Shown here: one piece after another, positions 1 to 7,996 of the stretch | How positions within the stretch are numbered: the first letter of the stretch is position 1 | Layout: every line of letters starts with the position of its first letter | Assembly (NCBI GenBank): GCA_016783505.1 | Contig: JADHWK010000002.1 | Coordinates: 62,001-91,153 of the forward strand | DNA from: Candidatus Zhuqueibacterota bacterium | GTDB taxonomy: Bacteria; BS750m-G25 | Direction: 5' to 3' | Length of the DNA: 29,153 nt | Notes under the pieces: generated by a model | The model's database searches: none | What the model was told of the DNA's origin: nothing | Seen by the model: only the letters and a program-made list of their open reading frames with translations | Made by a program: the position numbers and the translations under genes

Positions 1-854
1 TTGATATTAAAATGCTTAAATTTCAGCCGTTCACAAGCGGACAAAACCAACCTGACGTTCGCCATCTGATGGGTGCCCGGTAAAGTCAGCTTCACCAAGG
101 GGAACTTCCCAAAACCCCTTAGGGGAGTTGGTGTTGTGTTGGATCTTTTAGGATAAAACGACGTAAAACGACGGTAAAACCGGGGGACCCCCAGATCCCA
201 TGTGCTTGAGCTGTCAACAAAGGGGGCCTGGACCTGACGACAGATTTCTTTCAGGACATCGGCTGTCTGGGGTTGGGACCCATCGGTCACCAGTTCCACT
301 CCTTTTTTAATAATTCCCCCTTTTTCTCTGGCAATGGAGATCAAATCCCGACCTAAATGCTCAGAATGATCATAATCAATGGGGGTAATGATGGTCAGCA
401 GGGGCTTGACAACGTTGGTGGCATCCAGCCGACCCCCCATCCCCACCTCCACGACGGCCAGATCTATCCCCTGCTCGGCAAAATACAGAAACCCCAAGGC
501 GGTGACCGATTCGAAAAAAGTGCATTTCAGTTCGATCACGGCTGGCTTGATCATTTCCACGTATTGGACGACCCGAGCTTTCGGAATCTTCTTCCCACCG
601 ATGCAAATCCTCTCCCGGAAGTCCACCAGATGGGGGGAGGTGTAAAGCCCGACTTTATACCCGGCTGCGGTGAGCGTGGAGCCCAGCATGGCGGCCGTTG
701 ACCCCTTTCCGTTGGTGCCAGCGATGTGGATGGCCGGGAAGGCCAGATGGGGATCTCCCACCCGACCCAAAAGTCTGGTAACATTATCCAGGCCCAGTTT
801 TATACCAAATCCCTCCAGGTCATAGAGGAATTTTACAGCTTCACCGTAGGTCAT
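1..854 (-). CDS. folC: Bifunctional folylpolyglutamate synthase/dihydrofolate synthase (3' part beyond window start)
   Basis: Not in ORF track. Manual translation from ATG at 854: MTYGEAVKFLYDLEGFGIKLGLDNVT...FPAIHIAGTNGKGSTA, the FolC N-terminus and P-loop. Confidence 0.95.
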   Translation of the reverse strand, partial: MTYGEAVKFLYDLEGFGIKLGLDNVTRLLGRVGDPHLAFPAIHIAGTNGKGSTAAMLGSTLTAAGYKVGLYTSPHLVDFRERICIGGKKIPKARVVQYVEMIKPAVIELKCTFFESVTALGFLYFAEQGIDLAVVEVGMGGRLDATNVVKPLLTIITPIDYDHSEHLGRDLISIAREKGGIIKKGVELVTDGSQPQTADVLKEICRQVQAPFVDSSSTWDLGVPRFYRRFTSFYPKRSNTTPTPLRGFGKFPLVKLTLPGTHQMANVRLVLSACERLKFKHFNI

Positions 855-1118
855 AAGTCAAACGCATCAGTTAAGCTATGTGAAGTTAATAATAGATAGA
901 AAGGTATCAGAATGGAAGATCAGTGGAGCATGGGATAGTGGAGAAATGGGTAATTGGTCAAGTATCCTACAGACGCCCGACTGAAAGGAAATAGGGATTT
1001 TTTCTCTCCTCTACCCCCCCAGGCCCTCCCTGGCCGTTCCCGGCTACAGGCAGGCTGCTCCTCTGCCGGTTTTCAATTTCAGACAACTAAACACCTACAT
1101 CTTTTTTTTGTGTTTACC

Positions 1119-2639
1119 TCACATCTTTTCATGTTTCTTTTTGAACTCCACGATGCTTTCATAAAGCCCCTCCGCTATTTTCTGACGAAGCTTTTTCGTC
1201 CTCAGCAGCTTCTCCTCGTGGGGATTGGAGATAAAGGCGGTTTCCACCAGAACAGATGGCATGGAGGCCCCCATAAGCACATAGAACCCAGCCTGGTCAA
1301 CCCCCCGGTTTTTGAGATTAATCCTTCGGTCCACCTTCTGCTGAATGATCGCCGCCAAGTCCTCGCTTTCCCTGACAAAACTGGCCTGGGCCATGGCCAA
1401 CAGGATAAAGTTTTCATCGGTTAGATCAGGATACTTGTGGGTCTCCTCTTCGTATTTGATCACCGAGTTCTCTCGCATGGCCACCTCCATGGCCTCATCG
1501 TTTCGAGCCGGGGATAGGAAGTAGGTTTCAAATCCACCCGCATAGCGGCTCAATGAGGCATTACAATGAATGCTAATGAAAAGCTTTCCCCCTTTTTGAT
1601 TGGCCAGTTTGGGGCGGTCGGCCAGAGGAATAAAGGTATCGTCATCCCGGGTTAGGATTACCCGTAGATCAGTGCGCCGACGGAGTAGCCTGGCCAACCT
1701 TTTAGCGATATCTAAGGTGGCGGTTTTTTCTTGATACCCCGACTTCCCAATGGCTCCCGGGTCCTTCCCGCCGTGTCCGGGATCAATAACGATGCAATCA
1801 ATAGCCCACTTGGCCCGTTCCTTCTCCAGGTTATCCTTCAAGCTTTTAGGGGTAGCAGTTCGGGAAGGGCCCACTTCGGTGGAGGTGACCAGGGAGATGG
1901 TGATCGCTCGATCACTTACTTCCTTGATCTTTTCTTTGACTTTACCTTTAAGGAGGAAGGAAATTTGGGCGGACTCGGGAAGCTGAAAGGGAAGGATTTT
2001 CCGTACGATACCCCCTGTCTCTTCGTTGGCCAACTTGGTCGAATCAATCTTACCTCCGTAAATGGTCACGTTCAGCCAGTTGGTCTGGGTGATAGGGGCT
2101 GAGACCTCTTCCTCCTCGAACCGCTCCGTAGTGCTAATTCGAATCAGGGTGCCGTTCAGCTTCTCCTCAATCCGAATCCCGGTGATATTTACCTCCTTGG
2201 TGCGAATCTCCAGCTTATACCCCTTGGGTGAAAATACCAGTTTGCCCGGATAATAATCCCTAAGCAGATCAATAAATCGGTTCAGGGAGACGAAGATCTC
2301 ATCGTCTTTGAATTTTGCCCCTAACGGTAGATTGAAAATTTTATCGTCCACCATGACAAACGGGTTGTCGGCGGTGACCTTCACCCTTTTCCCGTAGAGA
2401 TAAACCACCATCTTCCGGGTTTTGGGGTTATAGTAGGTGTTGGCATCAATAGCCCCGGCAAAATCCTTCAATGAGGCGTATACGATTCCCTTATCCTCGA
2501 AGGCCTTGATAGCAGCGGGTTTCCTTTTGCTTCCAGGGTAGGATACTTCTATTTGATCCACTTTGGCAAACGAGGCCCCCGTAAATAGGGAAAGAAGGAG
2601 ACTAATAATAAAGATGGGATTTGCTTTAAAAATCTTCAT
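1119..2639 (-). CDS. N-acetylmuramoyl-L-alanine amidase (Amidase_3, AmiC-like) with N-terminal stalk/AMIN-like domains
   Basis: IVIDPGHGGKDPGA, EK, FISIHCNA, GFETY, MPSVLVETAFISNP motifs. Start placed at MKIFK (signal peptide follows) instead of 2678. Confidence 0.93.
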   Translation of the reverse strand: MKIFKANPIFIISLLLSLFTGASFAKVDQIEVSYPGSKRKPAAIKAFEDKGIVYASLKDFAGAIDANTYYNPKTRKMVVYLYGKRVKVTADNPFVMVDDKIFNLPLGAKFKDDEIFVSLNRFIDLLRDYYPGKLVFSPKGYKLEIRTKEVNITGIRIEEKLNGTLIRISTTERFEEEEVSAPITQTNWLNVTIYGGKIDSTKLANEETGGIVRKILPFQLPESAQISFLLKGKVKEKIKEVSDRAITISLVTSTEVGPSRTATPKSLKDNLEKERAKWAIDCIVIDPGHGGKDPGAIGKSGYQEKTATLDIAKRLARLLRRRTDLRVILTRDDDTFIPLADRPKLANQKGGKLFISIHCNASLSRYAGGFETYFLSPARNDEAMEVAMRENSVIKYEEETHKYPDLTDENFILLAMAQASFVRESEDLAAIIQQKVDRRINLKNRGVDQAGFYVLMGASMPSVLVETAFISNPHEEKLLRTKKLRQKIAEGLYESIVEFKKKHEKM

Positions 2640-2653
2640 GGGCGCATAACAAA

Positions 2654-2693
2654 ACGAATTTTTATACACGAATTTCACGAATTAACACGAATT
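2654..2693. repeat. Short tandem (C)ACGAATT repeats, REP-like; inverted partner near 2869-2894
   Basis: CACGAATT at 2667, 2676 and 2686; ACGAATT at 2654; AATTCGTG at 2877-2884. Confidence 0.6.
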
Positions 2694-2713
2694 AAAAAAT
2701 AGAGAAGAATTAA

Positions 2714-2743
2714 TTGACATATCTTTTCCAATACAGGTATAAT
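2714..2743 (+). promoter_or_regulatory. Consensus sigma70-type promoter with no credible downstream CDS
   Basis: TTGACA (2714-2719), 18 bp spacer, TATAAT (2738-2743). Confidence 0.6.
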
Positions 2744-2745
2744 TA

Positions 2746-2842
2746 ACCCTGTTAAATAGATACTTTCGTTATCTACCTGACTTGGCTGAAAACATAAGCA
2801 CACCTAATATTTTCGGTAAGTACGATAATTATTTAACAGGGT
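2746..2842 (+). other. Structured inverted-repeat element (candidate sRNA or REP-like element)
   Basis: Perfect 13-bp IR ACCCTGTTAAATA (2746-2758) / TATTTAACAGGGT (2830-2842) enclosing two internal hairpins. Confidence 0.45.
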
Positions 2843-3053
2843 GAACCAAAATTTATTAGCACCCCAACTTTAGCGTAATTCGTGTAATTAGTGGTCCAGG
2901 TAATGTCCGAAAGTCGTGAAGGATCGGAACATTTCGGACCTACAAATCTTATCTGTAAATCCGAAACTCTTAAAAGATAATAAACATAGGGGAACTTTCC
3001 AAGAAAATTATTGCATATCCGCCAAAATTTTAATGATTTCTCATGAATGCGCC

Positions 3054-5024
3054 TTAGAACTTCATATCCAATTGCACGCCCGCCTCCCGGCCCACGTTTC
3101 CTGGAATCTCGTCCGTCCCCGACCCGAAATGATCCCGGTCGTCAAGGTAGGTCTCCGACCATTTCATAGAAACCCGAACTTTCTTGGCCAGTCTATAGGA
3201 GGCCAAGACATACCACCGCCTTCCCCGTCCCCAGAAGGGGGTGTTTTTGAAAACTCCCCTGAGATCTCCCTCATATTCGTAGATTCTGGAATCGAATGAC
3301 GGGGTATCGAAGGTAGTCATTCGACCCCTGAGATCAAGCCAGGGAAAAGGACGCAGCTTCACCTCCTGGAAAAACAGAATGCCCAGCTCTTTTTCCTTTA
3401 TCCCTTCAGTGTGTAAAAAACAGGTTTCTACCCGGCCCCGGAACTGAAGGTGCGACCCTAGCTTCACCCTGATCTCTCCCCGGAAATTCCTTTTGGTGAT
3501 CTGTCGGATGACAGTAATTTCCCTACCGTAAGTATCATACTCCTCCCCAACTTTTTGGCCGATCTTCTCCCTCATTTGAAGATAATAAGACAGGGATGGG
3601 TTGACCTTTCGAAAGACCTTGATCAGAAAATCGGTCCCCCGGGTGGGCATGGGAACCCCATAAGTCCGCCAGGGACGGACAAACTGATCGAAATAGGCGG
3701 CGAGCCGGGTCCCGGGGGAGAGCTTGACATCCACTCCCAGATAAGCCCCCCGCTCATTTCTGGGTTTGTCCCGGCGCTCCCCGAAACCGCTGGCGCTCAG
3801 GTTATGAAAGTCGGGTCCATAATCCCGAAGGGCCAGGGCCAATTTGAGACCGGGCCAGCCCCCCAAAGCCCCGGCCAGCCAGGCCCGCCCTCCGCCCAGA
3901 GAGGAGGCCCACTCGCCGAAAAAGTTGATGTTCTTCAGGGATCCATCATATTCTATTCCCCAGACTTCGTTCCTTGTCCCATAAAATTCAAAATGCTTTC
4001 GGACCGGATCAGAAGGGAGGATGCGGGGAGAGTAGTGGGCATTATAGTAGGTAATACCCAACTTTACCACCCCACCCATGGCGTAATCGGCGTGACCCCC
4101 GACCATCTTTTCCACCAGCACATCCCGCTTTCTCTCCTCGGCTTCCGTCCGATGGAGGCCGGTCTCGGATATACTGGTGACCCCACCCTCCCCCAGAGTG
4201 GCATCCAGCGGGGTGCGGGCAAAAAAGACAGTGCCGTTAAACCGGCCCCACCCGACCCCATAAGACCCCCCGGCAAAGGCCTGGTTCTCAGAAGAACTGC
4301 TGAAGGGCCTGACCCCAGCGGCTTTCTTTTTCACCGGGGAAATGGGGTCCCCCCCTTTGGAAAAACCAAACCCATTCCAGAGAACTAAACCCTGACCGAA
4401 CTGGAGTCGGAAGTTCCCGAGAACAAGATGATCCTGGTTTAGAACATCCCTAAGACTCAGACTAAATACCGCCAAGTCACCAAGCCGATCCTCTCCACTG
4501 TCCTTTTCCAGCACAATTCCCAGCGAGACCCTCTCCGCCAGCCGAAGGTCTATCCTTTGGTAGAGCTTCTCCGGCGATCCCCGGTAAAGGTTCTCCTGAA
4601 ATCCACGAGATCTTCCCAACTTCCTCCCGGCACGCACCCGCAGGGTTCCCTGGAGGGGGGGAACCCCCCCTTTTTCTGGGATGAACAAAAACTCTTTAAT
4701 GGTTTCGTAGAACTCGGGGTCAATCTCAGGTAAGACGGTAAGATCGCCCACTTTTCGAAAATTACCGTGTTGTTGTCGGTACTCTACTATTTTTTGGGCT
4801 GTAAACCGGTCGAGGTAAGGAATTTGCAGCAGGTCTTCTACCCTGGCTGAGTTCAAATCAATCGGACTTTGCTTTAGTTCCTCCAGTTGATCCATCAGAT
4901 CCGATCGATCGGCCTCCTCCTCTAATTCAAGCAGGTCTTCTTCCGAAGACACCTGGGCCGTAGCCACCCCAAATCCCAGCAGTGTAACGAAAATTATAGT
5001 ACGTCCGCAAAGCATATCGGCCAA
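3054..5024 (-). CDS. ComEA-type helix-hairpin-helix domain fused to a predicted outer-membrane beta-barrel
   Basis: PIDLNSA...LLQIP...AQKIVEYRQQHGNF HhH motif; EKDSGE and GNFRLQFGQGLVLW motifs; amphipathic beta-strands; C-terminal Phe. Confidence 0.85.
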   Translation of the reverse strand: MADMLCGRTIIFVTLLGFGVATAQVSSEEDLLELEEEADRSDLMDQLEELKQSPIDLNSARVEDLLQIPYLDRFTAQKIVEYRQQHGNFRKVGDLTVLPEIDPEFYETIKEFLFIPEKGGVPPLQGTLRVRAGRKLGRSRGFQENLYRGSPEKLYQRIDLRLAERVSLGIVLEKDSGEDRLGDLAVFSLSLRDVLNQDHLVLGNFRLQFGQGLVLWNGFGFSKGGDPISPVKKKAAGVRPFSSSSENQAFAGGSYGVGWGRFNGTVFFARTPLDATLGEGGVTSISETGLHRTEAEERKRDVLVEKMVGGHADYAMGGVVKLGITYYNAHYSPRILPSDPVRKHFEFYGTRNEVWGIEYDGSLKNINFFGEWASSLGGGRAWLAGALGGWPGLKLALALRDYGPDFHNLSASGFGERRDKPRNERGAYLGVDVKLSPGTRLAAYFDQFVRPWRTYGVPMPTRGTDFLIKVFRKVNPSLSYYLQMREKIGQKVGEEYDTYGREITVIRQITKRNFRGEIRVKLGSHLQFRGRVETCFLHTEGIKEKELGILFFQEVKLRPFPWLDLRGRMTTFDTPSFDSRIYEYEGDLRGVFKNTPFWGRGRRWYVLASYRLAKKVRVSMKWSETYLDDRDHFGSGTDEIPGNVGREAGVQLDMKF

Positions 5025-5148
5025 GCTAAGGCTGGGAAGAAGCAGGAGAACAGGGATAAAACTATAGGTTTGTTTTCATCCTATCTCTCCCTCCCCACTG
5101 CCCCTCTGCAGTTATTCAACTACAGATAATTAAATAGTTTAAATAAAT

Positions 5149-6006
5149 TTATAGGTGTTGAGGCAATTGAAATCTTAGTGTCACCCCCACCGCGTGTGTG
5201 AGCCCCAGCACCTGATGGCTGGAGAGACCATAATCCAGTTGAAAGCTTCGCAAACGAATACCCATCCCCCCGGAGAAGGTGGCGGGATTCGATCCCACGC
5301 CAACCCGGAGGCTGAGATTTTGAAAGATCTGGTATTCGCAGCCAAACCCCATTCGGGTCGGAAAGCGCACATCCTTATCCGCCTGTAGGGCGAACATCAT
5401 CCCCTCCCGGGGATAATAGCAGAAACCCGTCTGGAAAACCTGGGGGAGTTCTTCATTGGCTTCCCCCAAGCCGGGCTTATTGAGGTTTTTTAGACATCCT
5501 CCCCACAGCAAGTTCTCCCCAATCCATATCAAAAAGCCCATATCGAAACCAAAGGTTTGATCGAATCCGTAGTTTTCTATACGCACCCCCATCACCTTCA
5601 TCCGGAGACCGTAGGCCACCTTCGACCCCATAGTCCTCCCGAAGGCCAGGGAGATCAGGTGTTCCCGATACAGGTCAAATCCAAAAGAGGCGGCTGTCAG
5701 CCCGATACCGGCAAAGGGGAAATGAACCCCAAGGCCCACCGCGGCCGTCCCCAGCTCTTTCAACCCGTAGGGCCGGCTCAGGGCGGCGGTAAAAAACCCG
5801 TCCTTTCCATAACCCAAGCTGGCGGGATTAAAATAAAGGCCATCCACACCAGTGGGCAAGGAAACCATCGCCTCGCCAAGCGCCCATGCCCGGGGTGAAA
5901 ACCCCATCTCCTCAAACGCCCCATAGAGGGATCCAATCCCCAAAAACATAACAATCCCCACCATCTTGATATTCATCCTGAAAAGCCTTATCCCGATCAG
6001 CTTCAT
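5149..6006 (-). CDS. PorV/PorQ-like outer-membrane beta-barrel protein
   Basis: Signal peptide, RAWALGEA...YFNPASL motif, beta-rich body, C-terminal LDYG...LGLTH. Confidence 0.7.
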   Translation of the reverse strand: MKLIGIRLFRMNIKMVGIVMFLGIGSLYGAFEEMGFSPRAWALGEAMVSLPTGVDGLYFNPASLGYGKDGFFTAALSRPYGLKELGTAAVGLGVHFPFAGIGLTAASFGFDLYREHLISLAFGRTMGSKVAYGLRMKVMGVRIENYGFDQTFGFDMGFLIWIGENLLWGGCLKNLNKPGLGEANEELPQVFQTGFCYYPREGMMFALQADKDVRFPTRMGFGCEYQIFQNLSLRVGVGSNPATFSGGMGIRLRSFQLDYGLSSHQVLGLTHAVGVTLRFQLPQHL

Positions 6007-6030
6007 CTGCTTAATCTGTTATTTTTTCTC

Positions 6031-6059
6031 TTGACAATTAGGTAAATTTTAGCTAAATT
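6031..6059 (+). promoter_or_regulatory. sigma70-type promoter for the DUF4835 gene
   Basis: TTGACA-17bp-TAAATT. Confidence 0.6.
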
Positions 6060-6116
6060 TCCAACCAGAAGGAATCCTATCTTAGCGATCCCCAAAAAAC
6101 TGAGGGAGAAAGCCCA

Positions 6117-6971
6117 TTGGCAAAAAGATATATCTGCGCTTCATTGGGAATAATGCTAATGGTCTCGGGGATGGCCTGGGGACAGAAGTTGATCTTCGAT
6201 GTCTCCGTCGTCCTGGACAAGCTGCCCCTGGAAAGCCAGCAAAAGCTTGTTACCTTCCAGAGTACCCTGGCCGACCATCTTAATAATTTTGAGTGGAACA
6301 AAAACGAATACCAATATCCGTTGAAGTGCTCGGCTCAAATCTTCTTTGAAAGGGCGCTCACCATCAGCTATGAGGACCGGTACCAAGCCCGTTTTCTTAT
6401 CTCAAACAACGAAGATTTTCAACAATTCGACAAAAAGTGGGAATTCAGGTACACCAGCGGTGAGCACCTGAACCATCGGGGACCGTTCCACACCCTAACA
6501 GGCCTGGTTGACTTCTACGTCTACCTCCTGTTGGGGAACGAATACGACAAGTGGAAGCTTTTGGGCGGCACCCGATATTATGAGAAGGCCCGGGAGATTG
6601 TCAATAGCTCCCGTTTCGAACAGCTCTACCTAGGATGGGACCAGCGGAAAAAATTATTAGACGAGATCCTTTCCCCCGACAATGAGGCCTTTCGAAAGAT
6701 GCGTGTTTATTACTATTCCGGCATGTATTATTTTCGCGAGAACGATCTGGAAACAGCCCGGGATTACCTCCTCACCACTCTGTCCCAGCTCGAGGACATC
6801 CCCAGAATTAAAACCGAGCGCTTTTTTGAATTGAATTACCTTAATCTTGCCCAAGCCCTATTGTTCCTAGAATCCCGGGAAAACTACCGCAAACTCATCA
6901 AGTTTGACCCTCCCCACAAGAGCACCTATCAGGAATTTATGAACAAAATCCCTATCCCTGATACAAAATAA
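6117..6971 (+). CDS. DUF4835 family protein (T9SS PorD-like)
   Basis: Signal peptide; DKKWEFRY, LTGLVDFYVYLLLG.EYD...GGT.YYEKA, GW motifs recalled from DUF4835. Confidence 0.75.
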   Translation: MAKRYICASLGIMLMVSGMAWGQKLIFDVSVVLDKLPLESQQKLVTFQSTLADHLNNFEWNKNEYQYPLKCSAQIFFERALTISYEDRYQARFLISNNEDFQQFDKKWEFRYTSGEHLNHRGPFHTLTGLVDFYVYLLLGNEYDKWKLLGGTRYYEKAREIVNSSRFEQLYLGWDQRKKLLDEILSPDNEAFRKMRVYYYSGMYYFRENDLETARDYLLTTLSQLEDIPRIKTERFFELNYLNLAQALLFLESRENYRKLIKFDPPHKSTYQEFMNKIPIPDTK

Positions 6972-6983
6972 TCAAAAAAGTTC

Positions 6984-7012
6984 TTGACATTTACATTTTG
7001 ATAAGTTATATT
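6984..7012 (+). promoter_or_regulatory. sigma70-type promoter
   Basis: TTGACA-17bp-TATATT. Confidence 0.6.
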
Positions 7013-7038
7013 TAATATAAATAGTCAGGGGGTTGAAT

Positions 7039-7437
7039 ATGAAGCTAAAAGCGGTAATTTTAATTTTCCTGTTGGCTTTTATTCTACCTGTTTTTTCTGG
7101 AACGGTCCTTTTAGAATTCACCTATGGAACTGAAGACCAACAGGTTTTCCTGAATTGGAGAACGGGTGAGGAAACAAATTTATCATCGTTCGAGGTTCAG
7201 CGCAGCAACGATGGGGTAGATTTTTTCACCGTTGGGTCCATAGCCGCTACGGGCAGCTATTCCAGTTATCAGTTCATTGATGATGAACTCTATAAGCAAA
7301 GCGATAGAACCTTTTATTATCGTCTGAAAATGGTAGATCGTGATGGCCACTTCAATTATTCCGCTAATCTCAGGGTTGACATAACCATCAATCCTATTCG
7401 TCAAACCTGGGGAAGCATTAAGGCCATGTTTCGATAA
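7039..7437 (+). CDS. Small secreted FnIII/Ig-like protein with C-terminal TWGxIK motif
   Basis: Signal peptide; LNW.T..E...FEVQRS.DG...Y.FID...YYRLKMVD.DG...YS; ends QTWGSIKAMFR. Confidence 0.75.
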   Translation: MKLKAVILIFLLAFILPVFSGTVLLEFTYGTEDQQVFLNWRTGEETNLSSFEVQRSNDGVDFFTVGSIAATGSYSSYQFIDDELYKQSDRTFYYRLKMVDRDGHFNYSANLRVDITINPIRQTWGSIKAMFR

Positions 7438-7468
7438 TGCCCTATTGTCCTAACCGAATCAAGTAACG

Positions 7469-7502
7469 AAAAGCCGGGCCTGATGGTTCGGTTTTTCCTT
7501 TT
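7469..7502 (+). terminator. Intrinsic terminator
   Basis: AAAAGCCGGGCC-TGAT-GGTTCGGTTTTT stem with G:U pairs, followed by a pyrimidine tract. Confidence 0.7.
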
Positions 7503-7612
7503 CCCCCTTCCTAGCAGTAATGGATAAAATACAATAAAAAAAGTTTTTTGTCAAGTAAAAAAACGAACCGCTACTTAATCGGTCAATTTTTTAGATTTGA
7601 ATATAAAAAAAA

Positions 7613-7625
7613 CCCTGTCGGCTTG
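7613..7625. repeat. Direct-repeat copy of half of the groEL terminator (candidate island boundary)
   Basis: CCCTGTCGGCTTG identical to 13217-13229, with an A-run to the left in both copies. Confidence 0.6.
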
Positions 7626-7996
7626 TCAATTGCTCTGCACGATTGAGCTATGGAATCAAAGCTAAAATGGGGCTATAAAGTGTCTAATTTGTGGAAGTTT
7701 GTCTATCTGAATTACTTAAAATGGGAGAATTTTGGGAGAATTATTTAGCAAAAAGTCAAGTCTTTAATATGGTAACTTCTGAGCCGATTCCCGTAGGTGC
7801 TCAGGGACCGAATAAGTGTAAATCAATACTGTTAATAATTTGCTATGTCCCAAAAGGTCTTTTTGTTCAAACCATCCTCTGCTTGTAGGAAGCTAATAGG
7901 TGACCGAAATACAGTAGGGGAGGGTTTTTATACTATTTATATTCACACCTTTGATAAGAACACATCGGATTAAAATATATTATGGGAGTGAGGACA

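Noticed and set aside
905-960. Purine-rich ~8-bp periodic tract upstream of folC
   Set aside because: Too degenerate to define a repeat unit; probably a decayed intergenic repeat
357-1424. ORFs 357..701, 376..606, 379..645, 551..784, 954..1424
   Set aside because: Shadow or alternate frames over folC and the amidase, with no recognisable motifs
2916-4388. Plus-strand ORFs 2916..3299 and 3555..4388 (277 aa)
   Set aside because: Antisense to the HhH barrel gene; typical shadows of GC-rich coding DNA
7770-7860. c-di-GMP-I riboswitch around the CTGAGC/GCTCAG hairpin
   Set aside because: GGGAC..GCAAA and GTTACC fragments are present, but the GNRA-capped P2 stem and spacing do not fit and no gene follows
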